Assembly (NCBI GenBank): GCA_023920165.1
Contig: CP089278.1
Location: forward strand, 1,674,001-1,738,000
Length of the DNA stretch: 64,000 nucleotides
Direction of reading: 5' to 3'
Source: Curvularia clavata
Taxonomy: Eukaryota
Part shown: piece by piece, positions 14,019 through 25,875 of the stretch
Position numbering within the stretch: position 1 is the first letter of the stretch
Layout of the letters: every line of letters begins with the position of its first letter
Notes under the pieces: model-generated
Seen by the model: the letters and a program-made list of their open reading frames with translations, nothing else
The model's database searches: none
Told to the model about the DNA's origin: nothing
Made by a program: the position numbers and the translations under genes

Positions 14019-15624
14019 GTTGTCGGTGCCGGTAGATAAGAGCGAAAACGGTTCTGCTGTTTCTGGCTGCAAAGAAGAGTGTCTTAACGAGAAGTTGATG
14101 CAATAGAATGTTGAATTTTCGATGTGGGGATAAGAGTGAGGGTATAAGAAGATGGCATGCCAAAGGATGTGTTTTGACAATGCTATGAAAGTGAGTCGGG
14201 AGTTGGTGAGGCAGCACTGTGCGTTTGCACCTTCACTATCCGTTGTACATGCACTAGGTTCATTTCATGTGATTCTCAGTTACTACAGAAGAAAAGGTAC
14301 GAATACATCTAGAAGGCTTTCGCTGTGTTTTGTATGGATATTAACATTGGTCACCTTTTGTTTAAGTAGGATTCGAATTAACCAGATCGCGTTTTGTCCC
14401 GTATGCGAAACCTAGGGCAGTAATTTGGACATGCTGTTAGAACAGCAGTTAGTAAATTTCTAAAAAGCAATAGTTAAGATAACTCAACTGTACATGTATA
14501 GAGAAAAGGGGGTAGTTCTAATAGCTAGTACCAAGTTTGTATCTTGAGGTGTTTCTTAAACTCCCGATGTTCGAACTACGTACCTGCGTTTACCAGCGCG
14601 ATCAAGAAACTCCGCTAACGAATTCTAGTAATCGCATACTGTCGCATTCAACACAGACATGAGCTCTGAGATGTTCTTGTGGAATTGCCACTATGTCTCA
14701 CAAAATAAGTGCAGCTTTGAAATCACTGCCGAACACGAAGAAGTTTTGAACATAACGAGCACTACGAGTATCTCAATACTGTATAGCTTGTTGGGGCAAT
14801 GTTAGCAGGCCTGGGTCTGAGAGGGGGCTTTCGACAGGGTCGTCGGTTTTTATATCTTTGAGTCTAGTAAGCGCTCAAAGAGAGTAAGATACGCAATCTT
14901 TTGCAAACTTCTTCTCCCCTATCGGAAAAAAAAAGTAGTTAGTGAATAATACAGAATGGGTGTCCAATCGTTCACTGATCTATCTATTATCAATCCGCGA
15001 ATAATCCTTCACTTAGCCTTCTAACTAGAATCTGCTCCCTTTATTCCTATATTCGACGGCGCGGTTTATACCCATGTCACAAGAAAAAGGCGCTTGGTGC
15101 TGTGACTGAGTATACTGAACTACGTCTAGCAGCGGCCTATACAGTCGATGACAAAGCTCGAGAGACGTGGCTTGCGCTCAAAAACGCCAATGCAGCATCA
15201 CCGACCCATACCTAGACTTGTCTCCCTGGTAGTATAACTTATCATTGTCTGCATTCTGTGTAAGGGAAGGAAAGAAGCAAGTATGACCGGGCAAAGGTGC
15301 GGTAGGTAGGGACAGTGTTTACATTTTGAGCGAGTGAGTACATAAGTGGGTCGTACGATTCGTGTTACTAGACTGCTTTTTTAGGAAGAAGATTCAACTC
15401 ACTGATGTAAATAAACCGTTCTTTTCCCCTGGGTTACAAGGACAAGCAGTACAAGGAGTTTTGAAAACATGTCTGATTCGGATATCTCATCCAGTTGCCT
15501 GTCTATAATTTTGTTCGTTGATTCGCCCTTTCATGGTATTCATTCATTCATTCTAAATCCAAGCTTGCTCTTATTCCATGCAGGCCAATCTCACCTCCCC
15601 CCGTGCTCTAAGTACAGAAACCCC

Positions 15625-16221
15625 TCACCCCTCCTCAACATCAAACCCAACCCTGATCCACAAACTGCACCCCTCACACCCAACCAAGACCTCCTTCTCG
15701 CCCCTTGCCTCGGCATCTTCTAGCTCTTCTTCAAGAATCAAGAAACCCTTTTCTGCCCCGCATCGACATGCTCGCGTCCACTGCATGCGCTCCTCTTCGT
15801 CTGCCTGTTGCGCTTGCGTACTCTTCGTACTCGTACACTCAAACTCACTCAAATCCAAGACCTCCAGCCCAAGGATGAAATCATTCTCCGCCTTGTCTCT
15901 CTCCACGGCCGCCACGGATGAGGAAGTTGGCAAGGTATCGCGATGATGCAAGAACCAAGTCTCATATTCTGCACGTGTCCTTGGATCGGCAAGTGTCGTG
16001 TATGCTTCTTTGATGTCGTCGATGGTGTATCCTGCCGGGGTAGTCTTGGTGCTACTGCTCTTCTTATCCGGATGCGCGGCCAAAAGTGCTACTTTGTACG
16101 CTCGTCGTAGATCGGCCGTGAAGTTGTTAACATTGCTGGTATGCTTCGCCGAGCGCCAGCCAGGAGCGTCTAGGCCAAGGATGTTGTAATAGTCTTTTGT
16201 GTAAGCCATGATGCTGCTCAT
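15625..16221 (-). CDS. DPH4: Diphthamide biosynthesis protein 4 (J-domain plus CSL zinc finger)
   Basis: DYYNILGL...HPDK J-domain followed by CRCG...CEGCSLW CSL zinc finger. Confidence 0.9.
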   Translation of the reverse strand: MSSIMAYTKDYYNILGLDAPGWRSAKHTSNVNNFTADLRRAYKVALLAAHPDKKSSSTKTTPAGYTIDDIKEAYTTLADPRTRAEYETWFLHHRDTLPTSSSVAAVERDKAENDFILGLEVLDLSEFECTSTKSTQAQQADEEERMQWTRACRCGAEKGFLILEEELEDAEARGEKEVLVGCEGCSLWIRVGFDVEEG

Positions 16222-17113
16222 CCGCAGACTTGGGACTCTGGTTGTAGTAAATCACAATGCCCTTGAGGGGCTTGCCTTGACGCTGTTTTTGCCATGTGCG
16301 AAGACGCGATGAGGCTATGGTTGGGGAAAAAAAAGTTGGGCGGGGGTGGTGACCTTTGTTCGCTTCTTCCGTAGTGGGGCATGCCGTTCCGCAGCGTCGG
16401 GGGTCGCATGGCAAACGTGGAAAAGGACCGTTGAGAGCCCCAAAGATCGACAATGTACGTACAGTACTGTAAGCAAATCACACACTCCATGTCAAAGCCA
16501 CAAAAGGCTAGTCACAAGACATATCTCAATATTTCACAAGTCAGTTTAACATCAGGCCAGAATTGCAATGTGAAGTAACGGCTTCTTTGGCTAGCTAAGA
16601 GTGCAGTATGATGACACTAATCTCAGTGGAGAGCTCCGTACTGCTCCGCTGGCTCGTTGAAGAACATGTCCTGACTCCGAGTCCACCAAGAAGACGTTAA
16701 ACACCTCTGTCCAGTATAGGTCGAGGTGTTTATGGGCTGTCAAAACGAAAACATGGGGGGGAATTGAGGATCGCATCCGAGGAACCGAGCGCAGCCTTGT
16801 CTCGCCGATAGCAGCCCTGAGCCCTCGCAAGGGAGGCCTCAGGAAGTGCTGCAAATCGTGTTGTTTTGGACACGAGATGCCAGCACGCTGCGTGCTCGAT
16901 AGGATTGCGCTGGCGATACAGGATATTTAAAGGGAAATACATTCAGTCATGGGGGAATTCGACCGTACCGAACCGCTTGCTGCCAAAGCCAATTTTTGAA
17001 ATCACACAGAACACGTACAACTCCGTAGGACGCTCGCTACCGGCCTCCTTCGTCTATTCGAGAACAGATGACGATGGCTGAGGATGAACAAGGTCGAAAC
17101 AGAAAGAGTGCGC

Positions 17114-18507
17114 TTAAGCAGCAGCAGCGGGGGCAGCAGCAGGTGTCTCCTCGGGCTTGGCCTCGGAAGCAGCCGGTGCGTCCTCGGCGGGCTTGGCCTC
17201 GTCCTTGGGGGCTTCGGCAGCGGCACCCTCGCCCTCGTTGCCGTCCGACGACGTCCAGAGAGTAAGGTTGTCACGGAGGAGCTGCATGATGAGGGTGCTG
17301 TCGCGGTACGACTCCTCGGAGAGCGAGTCGAGCTCGGCAATGGCGTCATCGAAGGCCTGCTTGGCGAGGTGGCAAGCACGGTCGGGTGAGTTCAGGATCT
17401 CGTAGTAGAAGACCGAGAAGTTCAGGGCAAGACCCAGACGGATGGGGTGAGTGGGTGTGAGCTCAGTCTGTGCGACATCGGTGGCCGTCTGTGGCAGGGT
17501 TAGTGACATTGTTGGAGGATATGCAATGATTGCGTCATACCTTGTAGGCCTCGTGTGCAGCGGTGGCAGCGACCTTGCGCTTCTCGCCAGAGGCGAACTC
17601 GGCCAGGTAACGGTGGTAGTCTCCCTTCCTGTGCCGTAGTTAGCCCTATCTCCTGTTGCTTCTGCGGCGAAAGCGCAGATGAATGGTTAAGCAACGCACA
17701 TCTTGTGGTAGAAGACCTTGGACTCGCCAGACTCGGCCTTGGGGATGAGGGAGTCGTCGAGAACGTTGAGGACATCCTGGCAGACCTGCTCGAGCTCGGT
17801 CTCGATCTTCTGGCGGTATTCACGGATGGTGCCAACGTGCTTCTCGGTGCCCTTGGACTCCTCCTTCTGCTCAATCGAGGAAATGATGCGCCATGACGCG
17901 CGTCGGGTACCAACGACGTTCTTGTAGGCGACGGACAGAAGGTTGCGCTCGTCAACGGTGAGCTCACCGGCGACCTGTGGGGGGATTAGCATACAATCAA
18001 GCTCGAGGCAGCCTGGTGCGGCTGGTTGCCTGCTTCAGTTGTGTGCAGGCGGATGCGGATGGGCATACCTTTGCGACTTCCTACGAGACGGTTAGCATGT
18101 GAGTTTTGAGTGAGCTAGGGAGAAGAGGCGGCATGTGTTGCAAACTAACCTTCATGTAGGTGACCATTTCTGTAAACGCACGTTGTCAGTACAAGGCGGC
18201 GGCACTCAGCTGGGGAAGGGAGGGCAGGGCGCGCGCGGGGACTCACCATCGTAGCGCTCAGCCTGTTCGCACAGCCGGGCGAGGAAAGTCTTGCTGTTGC
18301 GATGTCAATCAAGGGGCGTTGGCAGTTGGCACGACCTGTATCATACCTCTCACGCTGTTTGGGGGAGACGAGTTAGCCTGTGGTTGACGCAGTAGGGTTA
18401 TCGGGGGCAGACAGAGGGGTATGGCGCCGCTCTTGTCGGCGGCGGCGGCGGCGGCGGGGGGCCAGGGAGGGAGGGCAGGACAGGACAAGACGTACCTCAG
18501 TCGCCAT
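17114..18507 (-). CDS. 14-3-3 protein, 8 coding exons
   Basis: Spliced N-terminus [33 protein letters not shown], then [42 protein letters not shown] and [16 protein letters not shown]. Exons are 18496-18507, 18347-18354, 18247-18293, 18150-18169, 18069-18080, 17700-17974, plus two more. Confidence 0.97.
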
Positions 18508-19886
18508 TGTGAAGGGTAGGCTGGAGAAGAGAGAATGGGGAGGTGTGGTTGTTTGGAGTGGGGGTGGGCTGGATGGGCAGCAGAAGGATAGCGGGCTTGG
18601 ATGGAGTTGTTGAGGTGTTTGTGTGGATCAACGAACAGAAGAGGATCGAAGTTGTTTTGAGGAAGCGAGCGTCTGCCTCTGCCCTAAGAGACCGGGGGGC
18701 CGTGCGTCAAACGAACAACACCACCCGCCGCCTGCGCCTTCCCCCAAGCAGGCGGACGATTCACATGGCCCAAGCCCGTCGGCGCCGTTGGCCTGCGGAC
18801 ACAGAGGCCGGGGGCATGCAGCCCCTATTGCTGCCAGTACATAGTAGCGTCTACATACAACAATGTACACTCCACTACGTCCGGTACATACGTACACCCG
18901 ACCAAGCTGGCAATGAGGGGTACAGGGCACGGCCACGGCCACGGCCACGGCGCACGTGAGCCCTCAGGGTCTACCCACGTCCAAGGCAACCGCTGCCACA
19001 GCACCAACGTGCTGCCCAACCGCTGCCCAGCCCAGTGCCTTCACTCACCTACATATATACACGTCGTCCAGAAATCATCTCTGCCTGGCTGCCAACGGGC
19101 GCAGCGTGGGAACCGCGGCCGCCAGCAACACCCATACACACACGAGACCGACCACAAGGAGAGGCTGACTCCTGCACTGCCGTCCCATGTCCAAGTGGGG
19201 GCCAATCAGTGCACCTTGGAAACCGCTAGAAAACTTGGACGGCCACCTCTTGCCTGGAGCGCGGCTCTGTTGGAGCCCCCCTCTCCTGATTCGTGTCTCA
19301 GGCATTGCGACTTATTTCCCATAGATCCTACTGTGTCTACGTGCTTGTACCTACAGGTGAAAGCTGAAGAGCAGCCACCCCAGGCTTGCAGCGTGATTGG
19401 TGAAGACCTGGCCAGCCATGATATCACAGCTAACCCCCCAGCTGAAACACGCCCCTCTGCTGCCAACTATCTGCCTCAATGTCAAGTTGCCCAGTGTATC
19501 CAACTTGTTGCATTACGAGTTATGTTTTGCTGACACCATGCACCGACGGTTCCCTTGCCCGCATATGCCACATATGCAATTCCACAATAAATTCCCCTAC
19601 CCTACCTAGTCGCACCATCGGGCCCTGCCTGGCCGGGTCCGCGCGCGCTTTTCTAATATGCCGTCGCGGCCCGCTTGACTAGACAGCAACAAGCCCTTTC
19701 GCCCGTACCCACGAGCGAACACAGCAGTCACCGCACATACCAATTCCACCTACCAGCACCACGTGAGCGCCGTCCGTATTCCGACACCCGGCCTTTGCTG
19801 ACCGACCTTTTGTTCACGCTGCCTCTACTGTACATAGTACTATGTAGCACCATCCATGTAATGCAATGCCAATGATTACATAGTAC

Positions 19887-20779
19887 TCACATCAACAACC
19901 GCCATACTCCCAGCATCAGTGCCGCCGTACCCGTACAAACACCCATAAGCCATTGCAGCGTCGAGAACTTGACCGCCTCCAGCCGTTCCCTCAACTGCGC
20001 CGTCTCCTGCTCAATCCGCGTATCCGTCTCCTTGAGCTTAAGCTCCTGCACATTGGCCTCCTCGCGGATACGCCCCTTCTCCAGATTCAGATCCAGCCGC
20101 ACAGACGCCTGTGTCCGCTGAATCTCGTCTCGTAGCCGTGAGTTGAGCTTGGCCAGCTCGTTGGTCAGGCGCTCGTGCGAGGCCCGCGTCAGGCTGGATT
20201 CGGTCGAGTCGGCCGTCATGAGTTCGGACCGGAGCTTTGCAAAATCAACTTTTTGCGTGTACGTGGCTTTTTCTTGGTCTTCGCGGAGCACCATGGTGCG
20301 CGTGAGGTTTTGGATGCTGTAATACATGGACCCGTCAGTCGACAGCCTGCTTTTCATATCTGGACTTGCTTCAGACAGACGCACCTCTCCTCAATCACGT
20401 CGCTGAGCACCCTCATCATGCCCTCGGCCTGCTCCTCTGTGAAGCCCTCCTCTTTCAGCCGCTGCACAAACTTGAGTGTGTCAAAGTGGTGGTCCTTGGC
20501 TCGCCCTGTCGTCGCGCTGAAGCTACGCTCAAGTCCCAGACACCCTCCATGCCTACTCGTGTGCAGTATCCCCCTCTGCTGCCATGGTCGTGTTGTTTGT
20601 ATCGGTAGAGGCGAGAACTTCGGGAGTGGGGGGTGACGTTCCCATGTTGCGCAACTCGACTGGTGCCGCCTTGCTCCTCCTGCGCCTTGCACTGCCGGTC
20701 GCAAGCCTCTGCCCGATCGTGGGAGCTGCGGCAGAAGGAATCGCCGAATCGCCGTCGCCTGTATCGAGGGTGCTGCCAT
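19887..20779 (-). CDS. FMP32: Mitochondrial DUF1640/CCDC90/MCUR1-family coiled-coil protein (Fmp32-like)
   Basis: Arg-rich presequence, HHFDTLKFVQRLKEEGF, RLDLNLEKGR and a C-terminal TM helix. One intron (~20318-20384). Confidence 0.85.
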
Positions 20780-21143
20780 TGTGCTGGTGTTGTCGTTCCT
20801 ACATGTCTCGCCGTCGAGAAATTGAAAGCCGCGGGTAGCCAAGCCTGGCGACGTCAATGGATTTGCCGAATTCGGCATACCATTCCACCAGGCACGCCAC
20901 CCTACGAGAACTACAGCTACTTCAAGATAGTTCGCCATTTTCCGGCTGCATCAGTGATGAGAAAGCTGTACCCCGTTACATTTCATGCATCATCAATTCA
21001 TTTACTATTGTATTATCATCTACCTTGTAGCGACAGTCCCTTGGAAAAAAAAACAGGCCTAAAAGCACATACAACGCTTGCTATGCATGCCCACTACTTA
21101 ACCCAAAAACAAGCAAACAAGACATGACAACCATCCCTTTCCT

Positions 21144-24100
21144 CTATCTACCATACTCTAGACTCGGCACAATCACCGGCCCGTACTTCATTGGCGCACT
21201 GTATCCACTGTCGTTCTGTACCATAAAGTCCACCGCCAGGCTGAGCTTCCCGCTGCCTTGTCCAGGAACACCATGCGCAAACGTCCCATTTACAATGTCG
21301 GGATCGTAAATCACACATGCCACGTAGTTTCGTCGGCCCATCAGCCTCTTGTACTCTCGCGGTTGGCCATTGACGTCTTGTGTGAAGATTTCCATCATGT
21401 CTTCCTTTGTATCTGAAGGCTGGTTGTTGCTACGCTGTCCGTTTTGTGGTATGTAGAGCGCACGGTTATTGTGCAAAAGTCGCAGCACGTAGTTGCTGGG
21501 TGGCGCATTCACGACCGAAGAGGAAATTATCTGGTACATGGTCTTATGGTCTTGGGGTCTTGAGGGATCGTGTACAAGACCCGCACCACAGCAATCAACC
21601 CCGCCAGAGAAGAACGTCATTCGCAAGGATTTGTTGTGAGCAATGCCTTGTAATGTCCGGATCAGATATGTCCGTTCTAGGTCCTGCGAGCTGTTAGGAT
21701 GTTGCCTGAAGTCACACATGCTCCACTGACCTTTGAATCGTGTGTCCATTGATCTCTCAGTTCATCTAGCAGATCAATCTCGCCAAAAGGACTCAAGACA
21801 CCACTCATCAACCCAGACTTGCCAATAGCTTTCTTGACCGAGTTGAAGCCATCGCCGACAACGCTCTTAGCTCCAACAACGCCAGCAACACCTGCAGTAA
21901 CCTTTCCAAGCATGTTGAAAGTACCTGTAACGGCCTTCTTGCCCGTAGCCATCGAGTGCGCAAGATGCTCAACAGATTCCAGACGAGGATACACTATGGG
22001 CACAGGGACCATCCAGATGCAGTGTTGCACACTAGGCGGTAATGTCGCAACTTTGGGGAAGATGCCCTGATATGTTGGTCCTGCCATGACTTGATGTGGG
22101 TTACGTTCCGAGCGGCAGTCTGGGCCAACAACCGTGACACAAGGACCCAGATACTTGATAAAGTGCCAGCCTGTACCAGTAATTGTGAAAAGGTCCATGT
22201 CATTGTTGACGTTGCGAAGGATCTCAAGGGTGGTGTGATGCTGGAAGAGCAGGTACATTTCGATACCAAGTCTTCCAATGTTCTTGAACATGTTGGAGAA
22301 TTGCATATGTTCAGGATACGACCCGAAGCCATCAAAGCTATACCTGGTTAGCATGTATTTATCACAAGCAGCAAAGTTACGACGCTTACATGTCATGATC
22401 GTCAAGGGCTAGGATATGAGGTATTTGAGCAAATGCCTCCCGCAAGTGTGGCTGATCAAAGTGGCTGGTGTAGTAGTGAAAGTATGCATGGCAAACATCT
22501 TCCTCGTGCTTTGCCGTCCATGGCGCGTTCTTGCGCACATCTTTACCGCTCGTTGCTGTCCATTGCTTCAACAGTGGAAGCTCTTTCCACAGACGATCAG
22601 CATAGATCTGGCCACCCAGGCCGAGCTGTACGTGAAAGCCACCACACTCGGCGTTCTTTTGCAGAATATCTTTCCACATCAAGCCAACTCCACCGAGCTT
22701 GGCTCTTTCGTTCGCATTGACATTCAGCGCAAAGTCGTTGCCCGAATGAGCGATAAATCGCCAGCTCGTCTCATGTCGCCCAGCTACCAGAAACTCGAAC
22801 CGAGTGCATCCCAGATGTGAAGTGATGGCATAGGTCCACTTGGCTGCATGGTCCTCTTCCATCTTCAGGTCAATGTCGTATCGATAGAAGATCCATGTCT
22901 GGTGCGTGTAGATGGGGTTAGCCTTCAGCTGCCGTGGGTTCGGTGATAGATCTGTGCTCTGGTGGATGTGAATCGTTGGTGGATGAGGGGTGTTGGTGAT
23001 GAGAAGAATCGATCCTAGCCACAGGCCTCGCTCAACGTCCATGTTTGTATATCTTAGGTAGGGTCCAAAGTAGACGCCATTGGTGGGAGCCACTTTGTAC
23101 TGATCTACACCTGCAGCAGGAGGTGGTCCAGTGAAGCCTGTAGTGGTAGGAGTTGCCAGAGGTGCCATACCAAAATCTCCCGGAAAGGTAGCTGTCTGGG
23201 GAGCAAAGCCTGGTGAAGCCATAGGGGTCTTTCCAAAAGACGGAGATGCCAAAGGACCACCCACGAATGTGCCCGTAGGCGACATGGGCTCATTCAGATT
23301 GAGAGGCGTGGGCCCCTTGGGAAACTCCCATTGCGTGGATTGTGTGGGAAGATGGATGTAGTAGTACTGGCCAGAGTTGGGGTCCAGATGTGCTATCCAA
23401 CCCTCTGGCAGTGGTGGAGGAGACGCTGGCCCTGGTCCTGGAGCTGGAGCTGGAGCTGGGCTTGGCGTGTGAGCTGTCTGAGCTGTCTGTATCTGTGGCG
23501 GGAACTGGTTCTGTGTAGGTGTTGGTGCTACCACGGCCGCAGGCTGCGATGGCCCTGGTTGTGGGCGCGCATCGTTTGCAAATGCAGGATGGCCCTGGTT
23601 GGGATCAGAGAGGGCTACGCCTTGAGCAGCTGGCCGTTGTTTTTCGGCAGGGTAGCTTTGGGCTTGGCCAGTTGGTGCGGTTGTTATACTCGAGTAAGCT
23701 GGTGGCGGCTCCTCGTTCAAGTTCATGCGACCCATGTCATGGCTCAGAGGATGTTCTGGTTGTGTATTTGGCTGGGCCGCATTTGCAGGAGGAGGCGAGA
23801 AGCGCGTGTTTGGCGCTTGCGGAAGAGGCCCTTGGGGGGGAGTACTAGACGGAGGCACTTGGTCCATGCCTTGGTATACTGCTGGCGGGCCATGGGGCAT
23901 GTTTCCTGGCTGCTCGGTGGGAGTCCATGGTCTCCTCACCGGCTGTTGGTTGGCATAGACCTGGTTGCGCTGAGCGGCTGCTGCGTTCTGAGCACTTTGC
24001 GCTTGGAGATTGGTCAGCGTGGAGGTTCCTGCAATGCCAGCGGCAGCGAAGCGCGCCTCGATGCCGCCTCCAGAAGGAGGAATGATGGGTGTCTCTGGGG

Positions 24101-24944
24101 GTGGAGGCGATCCTCGCTGCGCCCTCACTGTCGAAGTTGAAGCCGTTGAGCTCAGGCGATTGACACCCATTGGCGTGGGCACCTTGAGCGCAGGTTCATC
24201 TTGGTTGGGACCTGTGTAGACAACATTGTTATGCGCGGCTTGTTGTGCAGAGGACTGTGAGGTTGGAGGGGGGAAGTACTGCTGGTGGTACTCTGGATAT
24301 GGGTTTGCGTTTGTGGCGGTGCCAGAGGCATCTGCGCTCTGCTTCCTCTGAGGTGCCTTCTGGAACAGCCCCTCCTTGTCTGGTGTCTCTGGGCCCGGGG
24401 AGTCCGGCAGAGGTTTGGGCGCAGTTCCTCTTCGCTCTGCTAGCCGTGAGGGCTGGACGGAGCCGTCTGGGTGTCTGCCGGCGTAGCCACTTATCGTCGG
24501 CCTGTTTGGGTCGTTCGCATCGAAGCGAGCGCGCTGGCTGGGCGAAGTGGGACTGGGCCCTGTCGCGTTTGAACTTCGCCTTGGTTGCTCTCTTCCTTCG
24601 CCAGGTGTCGTGTTTGCGCTCCTTCGGTCCTTGTCGCTGAGTGGTGTGTATCGCCCGGTGCCCAGGGTAGGCTGAACATTGGGCGGGCGGTCCGTGTCGG
24701 GATATGGCAGGGGAGCAGTAGGCGGGCTTGAAGGCGGCGCGGGGAATGAGGGCATAGGCGGCGGGCGCGAGAATGCCGGCTGGCTGGAGCTGCCGGCCGA
24801 GTCTGTTCGCGGGGGCGGGCTCTTGCCATCACGGCCTTTTTGTATCCTCAGGGGCCCGACTGCGGGGATGATGGGGGTATCTGGGTTGGAGTCGTAGCGC
24901 AAGAAGAGCTCCTCTTCGGGGCGGCCTTGCTTGCGGCCGTCCAT
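21144..24944 (-). CDS. WW-domain protein with a PhoD-like phosphatase domain
   Basis: Long Pro/Gln-rich N-terminus, WW domain LPEGWIAHLDPNSGQYYYIHLPTQSTQWEFP, then a PhoD-like region (GGQIYAD, DDHD|IFDGFGSY). Two introns. Confidence 0.8.
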
Positions 24945-25875
24945 GGCAGCGAGTGCGGCTCCGTGTGTCTAGGGCGCGTGGTCGTCAATCGGCGGCGATG
25001 GCAGGCGGAGGCGTACTTTTGGCGACAGGCTGACAGGTTGTCGTCGTCGTCGACGAGCGCAAGCAGCGGGAGAGTGGGAGGGCGGAAGGCTGCTGGTGGG
25101 GTAGTGGTGGCTCGTGGGCCGTGTGGCTTATGAGCTGTGGCTGACTCTGATATGACGTTGCGAGGTGCGTCAGCAGTCCAAGTATCAGTCAAGCATGCAG
25201 CAGATGTGCATTTGACCGGACCGGCCAAGTTTTATAGGAGGAGGAGATGCGGACCAAAGTGTGAGCCAGATATGCCCCCCTCTCCTGTTTTGCGCCTACG
25301 CGAAAGCTGCTGACTTGCGTATGCCTGTCTCGCTCACACCCACACGCAGCCTTCCCGCAAGTTGGGCTGCGGCGGGTCTTGCTCGACAGGACCACCCTGG
25401 GCTTGGGAGGCGCCTGCGCATGTGATTGGGCCTCAGGTCCATTTACGCGCTGCGGCCGGATTCGAGGCCACAAGTCACACTTGGCGGGCGCATGCGAGCA
25501 GCTTTCTGTACCTGAGTGGCACGCACTACCAACTGCCGTTGCCCAATCACACGCTGCTTTTCCTTGGGCATGTCTGTGGCTGCCACCAGCCACTTGGCCC
25601 TCGCACATCACAAACGCAAGGCGGGCCGCGAACCACACGATGCACCCCTGCCAACGGGCCGATACTCTCGAGAGCCTCCCGCGCAAACGGCGAATCGGGG
25701 CCTGTCCAAGTACCATATGCAGTGTATCCTCATGTGTATCCTACTCGCATGTTGGCACAACACTACTATGCCGCATCATCTCTCACGTTCAGAACCCTGT
25801 GCTTCAATGCGTCTGATTCTTGAGACGTGACTGTCTTATTCTGGCCTGTTACCTCTCAACCTGCCCCTGCTTCTT

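Noticed and set aside
14200..15500. AT-richer spacer, possibly a RIP-degraded transposon
   Set aside because: No terminal repeats, target-site duplication or transposase/RT motifs are recognisable.
18913..19533. 206-aa ORF and GGCCAC tandem repeat upstream of 14-3-3
   Set aside because: It lies in promoter DNA and has no protein-like features; the short hexamer repeat is ordinary slippage.
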